Below the pieces are notes generated by a model. It saw only the letters and a list, made by a program, of their open reading frames with translations, made no database searches and was not told the origin of the DNA. 64,000 bases of DNA from a bacterium. GTDB lineage: Bacteria; Omnitrophota; Gorgyraeia; Zapsychrales; Zapsychraceae. Position numbers and translations under genes: made by a program. Positions 60,653 through 64,000 of this stretch are shown piece after piece; the stretch's first letter is position 1, and every line of letters begins with the position of its first letter. Location of the stretch: NCBI GenBank assembly GCA_030429765.1, contig JAUIER010000012.1:32916-96915 (forward strand), given 5' to 3'.

Positions 60653-61261
60653 ATGGAACATTATCTGAGCTTAGCGGTTAAATCAATTTTCGTAGAAAAT
60701 ATCCTTTTGGCGTATTTCCTTGGCATGTGCTCGTTTTTGGCATGCTCGAAAAAGATTGAAACGGCGATTGGATTGGGATGCGCGGTTATCTTTGTTTTGA
60801 CGGTTACATGTCCGGCCAACTGGGCCATCAACAACTTCCTTTTATCCAAAGGGGCGTTGAGCTGGGCCGGTTTACCGGATGTTGACCTGAGCTTCTTGAC
60901 GTTTATTGCTTTTATTGCGGTTATCGCGGCGATGGTGCAGATCGTCGAGATGGTGCTGGACCGATTTAGCCCCAAGCTGTACACGGCACTGGGAATCTTT
61001 CTTCCGCTTATTGCGGTAAACTGCTCTATCTTAGGTGGTTCATTATTTATGGCCGAGCGCGGATACAATTTCGCGGAATCAGCGGTATTCGGATTCGGGT
61101 CCGGTGTCGGATGGGCGTTAGCCATCGTCGCCATGGCCGCCATCAGAACAAAACTTCAATATTCTAATGTTCCAAAATCATTACAAGGTCTTGGCCTGAC
61201 AATGATCATAACCGGATTAATGGCGATGGGCTTTATGTGCTTCGCCGGAATCCAACTGTAG
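60653..61261 (+). CDS. nqrE: NQR subunit E
   Basis: NqrE/RnfA-family membrane protein. Confidence 0.9.
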   Translation: MEHYLSLAVKSIFVENILLAYFLGMCSFLACSKKIETAIGLGCAVIFVLTVTCPANWAINNFLLSKGALSWAGLPDVDLSFLTFIAFIAVIAAMVQIVEMVLDRFSPKLYTALGIFLPLIAVNCSILGGSLFMAERGYNFAESAVFGFGSGVGWALAIVAMAAIRTKLQYSNVPKSLQGLGLTMIITGLMAMGFMCFAGIQL

Positions 61262-61281
61262 ATTCTATTCGAGAGGTTATT

Positions 61282-62514
61282 ATGGGATTAGGTGGATACT
61301 TACTACTCAGCACGGCTGTTTTCGCGGTCATCACTTTGGTGCTCGTATCATTGCTGATGTTCGTCAAAAATAAGATTATGCAGCAAGGTGATTGCAAGAT
61401 CACGGTCAACAATGAAGCCGAGCCGATTGCGGTGCCTTCCGGCGGAACGCTGTTGACTGCACTGGCGACACAGAATGTATTTCTTCCATCGGCCTGCGGA
61501 GGCGGTGGAACATGCGCCATGTGTAAATGTCAGGTTTTGGAAGGCGGCGGCGACATTCTGCCGACGGAAACCGGTTTGATCCCGCGTAAGGAGCAGAAAG
61601 AAAACTATCGTCTGGCCTGTCAGGTAAAGATCCGTCAGGACATGAAGATCAAGATTCCTGATGAGATCTTCAAGATTCAAAAATTTGATTGTACCGTTCG
61701 CTCCAATGATAACGTTGCGACGTTTATTAAAGAGCTCGTACTCGAACTGCCCAAAGATCAGACCTTGGACTTTGAGGCTGGTGGATATATTCAGATTGAT
61801 ATTCCGCCATATGAGCTTGAGTTCAAGACATTTGATATCCAAAAGGAATATCATCCGGATTGGGATAAATTTAAGATCTGGGATCTGAAATCAGTGAATG
61901 AAGAACCGATTTTCCGGGCATACTCCATGGCTTCACATCCGGCCGAGCCGGGTATTGTGATGTTGAATGTCCGTATCGCCACGCCACCACCACGCGAATG
62001 GAGTTTACCGCCGGGTAAGGCGTCGTCATATATCTTTAACCTGAAACCGGGTGACAAGGTAACGATCAGCGGGCCTTATGGTGAGTTCTTTATCAAAGAC
62101 ACGAAACGTGAAATGTGTTACATCGGTGGAGGCGCTGGGATGGCGCCAATGCGTTCGCATCTGTTCCATCTGTTCCATACATTAAAGACCAAGGACCGCA
62201 AGGTCAGCTTCTGGTATGGAGCGCGTTCGAAACGGGAGATGTTTTACACGGATCATTTCGAAAAGATTGAAAAAGAATATCCGAATTTTAAGTATAATGT
62301 GGCTCTGTCAGAACCTCTTCCCGAAGACAATTGGGATGGGCCGACAGGATTTATTCACCAGGTTGTTCTTGAAAATTATTTGAAGAATCATCCGGAACCC
62401 GAAGAGATTGAATACTATTTGTGCGGACCGCCGATGATGATCAGTGCTGTTCAGAATATGCTGGATAGCTTGGGTGTTCCCGAAGAGATGATTGCGTTTG
62501 ATTCGTTCGGGTAA
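61282..62514 (+). CDS. nqrF: NQR subunit F (TM, 2Fe-2S ferredoxin, FAD/NADH-binding)
   Basis: [12 protein letters not shown] cluster motif. Start refined to MGLGGYLLL behind the RBS GAGAGG. The ORF track's 61237 start overlaps nqrE. Confidence 0.9.
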   Translation: MGLGGYLLLSTAVFAVITLVLVSLLMFVKNKIMQQGDCKITVNNEAEPIAVPSGGTLLTALATQNVFLPSACGGGGTCAMCKCQVLEGGGDILPTETGLIPRKEQKENYRLACQVKIRQDMKIKIPDEIFKIQKFDCTVRSNDNVATFIKELVLELPKDQTLDFEAGGYIQIDIPPYELEFKTFDIQKEYHPDWDKFKIWDLKSVNEEPIFRAYSMASHPAEPGIVMLNVRIATPPPREWSLPPGKASSYIFNLKPGDKVTISGPYGEFFIKDTKREMCYIGGGAGMAPMRSHLFHLFHTLKTKDRKVSFWYGARSKREMFYTDHFEKIEKEYPNFKYNVALSEPLPEDNWDGPTGFIHQVVLENYLKNHPEPEEIEYYLCGPPMMISAVQNMLDSLGVPEEMIAFDSFG

Positions 62515-62520
62515 TAAAAA

Positions 62521-62550
62521 AAAGGGACAGTCAACTGACTGTCCCTTTTA
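62521..62550. terminator. Bidirectional rho-independent terminator
   Basis: GGGACAGTC-AACTG-ACTGTCCC perfect 9-bp stem, flanked by A-run and T-run. Sits between convergent nqrF and the NqrM-like ORF. Confidence 0.65.
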
Positions 62551-62564
62551 CATTTAGGCGGTAT

Positions 62565-62726
62565 TTAATTCGTACACTGGGTAGGATCTTTGCCTTCAGC
62601 CCGGCAGGCGCAGGATTCAGGATCGTCAGAACAGCCCTTCTTCAGGGCCTTCTTCGTCACGATCAGACCGATCGCCATACCCAGCAAACATCCGCCAAAA
62701 ACTATAAAGGTCACTAAATATTTCAT
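62565..62726 (-). CDS. NqrM-like small membrane protein, 53 aa (MKYLVTFIVFGGCLLGMAIGLIVTKKALKKGCSDDPESCACRAEGKDPTQCTN)
   Basis: Single TM followed by a Cys cluster (GC…CAC…C) like the NqrM/DUF539 maturation factor. Adjacent to nqrF. Below the ORF-track cutoff. Confidence 0.45.
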   Translation of the reverse strand: MKYLVTFIVFGGCLLGMAIGLIVTKKALKKGCSDDPESCACRAEGKDPTQCTN

Positions 62727-62773
62727 ACCGGTAGTATAATTCAATCCAGATTATTAATCAACCAGCAAAACAT

Positions 62774-64000
62774 ATGACTCCTGCCAAAAGCGAAAAATTA
62801 AATATCAGTCCGGATACGGAACTGGATGTCCTGCGTAAAATTGTTGAAATAACCAATTCTGAGTTGGATTTAAACCTGATCCTGGGGGAGGTCGTCAAGA
62901 TTGTTAACGAGATGACCAAGGCCGACTCGGTCTTTATCTATCTGTTTGACGACCGCCGTAAACATCTAACCTTGATGGCCTCAAAGACGCCTCACAAGAA
63001 AGAATTGGGAAATGTAACCCTTAAGGCGGGTGAGGGGATAACCGGTTGGGTAGCCAAGGAAAACAAGCCGGTGGCGATCGGCAAGGACGCGAGTCACGAT
63101 AAGCGTTTCAAAAATTTTGACGTGTTGCCTGAAGATAAATATGAAGCCTTTTTATCAGTACCGGTTGTGTATAAGGACCGCGCGATTGGCGTTGTAAATA
63201 TTCAGCACAAGAAGCCGCATGAGTATGCCAAGGGAACCATCGATTTGATCACGTTGATCGCCAAGCAGATCAGTGGATCGATTCAGCATGCCCGGCTCTA
63301 CGAGGAGACCAAAAAGAAAGCCTTGCAGTTTGATAGCCTCAATAAGGTAAGCCAGTCGATCATATCGCATGATTATCTCGACGAGATCTTAAATTTGATC
63401 GTTGTGGTTACGGCCGAGATGCTGAATTCCAAAATCTGCTCCATTATGCTGCTCGATAAGAACGGCAAGGAACTCAAGATGCAGGCGACGCATTCACTTA
63501 ATAAGAGTTATACCAAGCGGCCGAATTTAAAGATCAGCGGCAGTCTTAGCGGGGACGCGATCAAGAAGCGTGAACCGATCATCGTGGAGGACGTCCAGGA
63601 AAACAAAAAATATCAGCTTATGGATATGGCCATCAAAGAAAACCTGTCGTCGCTGTGCATCGTTCCGATGGTGGTAAAGGATCAGGCCATTGGTGTGATT
63701 ACTGTGTATACCAAGGACAAACACGTGTTCACAGAAGAAGAAGTCAATGTGTTGCAGATGGTCGCCAATCAGGCCGCGGTTGCGGTTGAGAATACGAAAT
63801 TGGTGGATGAGATGGTCCGCGCCAAAGAGGCCCTGGAAACCCGTAAACTGGTTGAACGGGCCAAGGGGATCTTGATGAAGATGAGTAATCTCAGTGAGGA
63901 GGCCGCCCACCGGCTGATTCACAAAAAGGCCATGGATTCCTGCAAGACCATGAAAGATATCGCCGAGTCCGTCATTCTGATGGACGAACTTCAATCCTAA
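62774..64000 (+). CDS. GAF-GAF-ANTAR RNA-binding regulator
   Basis: Two GAF-like regions. C-terminal ANTAR motif (…LVERAKGILMKMSNLSEEAAHRLIHKKAMDSCKTMKDIAESVI…). Confidence 0.75.
   Translation: MTPAKSEKLNISPDTELDVLRKIVEITNSELDLNLILGEVVKIVNEMTKADSVFIYLFDDRRKHLTLMASKTPHKKELGNVTLKAGEGITGWVAKENKPVAIGKDASHDKRFKNFDVLPEDKYEAFLSVPVVYKDRAIGVVNIQHKKPHEYAKGTIDLITLIAKQISGSIQHARLYEETKKKALQFDSLNKVSQSIISHDYLDEILNLIVVVTAEMLNSKICSIMLLDKNGKELKMQATHSLNKSYTKRPNLKISGSLSGDAIKKREPIIVEDVQENKKYQLMDMAIKENLSSLCIVPMVVKDQAIGVITVYTKDKHVFTEEEVNVLQMVANQAAVAVENTKLVDEMVRAKEALETRKLVERAKGILMKMSNLSEEAAHRLIHKKAMDSCKTMKDIAESVILMDELQS

Noticed and set aside
61237-61281. ORF-track start of nqrF at 61237
   Set aside because: It overlaps nqrE. 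A canonical NqrF begins with the TM helix at MGLGGYLLL (61282), which has an RBS.

Overview
A 64 kb chromosomal window at about 45% GC from a diderm bacterium. NQR, a secretin, a TonB_C domain and a SurA-like protein all point to an outer membrane. Two very different parts.

(1) Positions 1-16125, minus strand: a tightly packed, operon-like Tad/Flp-type pilus locus of unusual composition.
- A SurA-like parvulin lipoprotein, CpaB/RcpC, and a secretin carrying a C-terminal TonB_C domain.
- A single 719-aa ATPase that fuses a TadZ/CpaE-like ParA domain to the TadA/CpaF secretion ATPase.
- A DUF192 protein and a 576-aa HTH protein of unknown function.
- A 55-aa Flp prepilin behind its own promoter and a long structured leader, followed by six longer Flp-family paralogs.
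- Three TadE/TadG-like proteins, one of them a Cys-rich giant (>1158 aa, running off the window start).
- No TadB/TadC platform genes and no prepilin peptidase are present in the window.

(2) Positions 16.3-64 kb: core housekeeping genes.
- mdh, an orphan flp-like gene, a nitrilase-family hydrolase, a 2-hydroxyacid dehydrogenase, a methyltransferase and tRNA-Glu.
- The replication-origin neighbourhood. gyrA-gyrB-DUF721-dnaN-dnaA lie on the minus strand, divergent from rpmH-yidC-jagN on the plus strand. DnaA boxes and an AT-rich stretch sit between them. A consensus parS precedes parAB.
- ndk, yicC, gmk, rpoZ, coaC, then tRNA-Cys/Leu/Val.
- thrS, infC (ATT start), rpmI, and rplT with an HhH-like C-terminal extension.
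- trkAH, pheST, a candidate 6S RNA upstream of a 5-FTHF cyclo-ligase, rny, a YmdB-like phosphoesterase, PilZ, gltX, otsB, sucCD.
- A standalone Pta-N/DRTGG protein, nqrABCDEF with a convergent NqrM-like small ORF, and a GAF-ANTAR regulator.

No CRISPR array or clear mobile element was seen. Function calls rest on motif recognition by eye; coordinates come from the ORF track plus manual start refinement.
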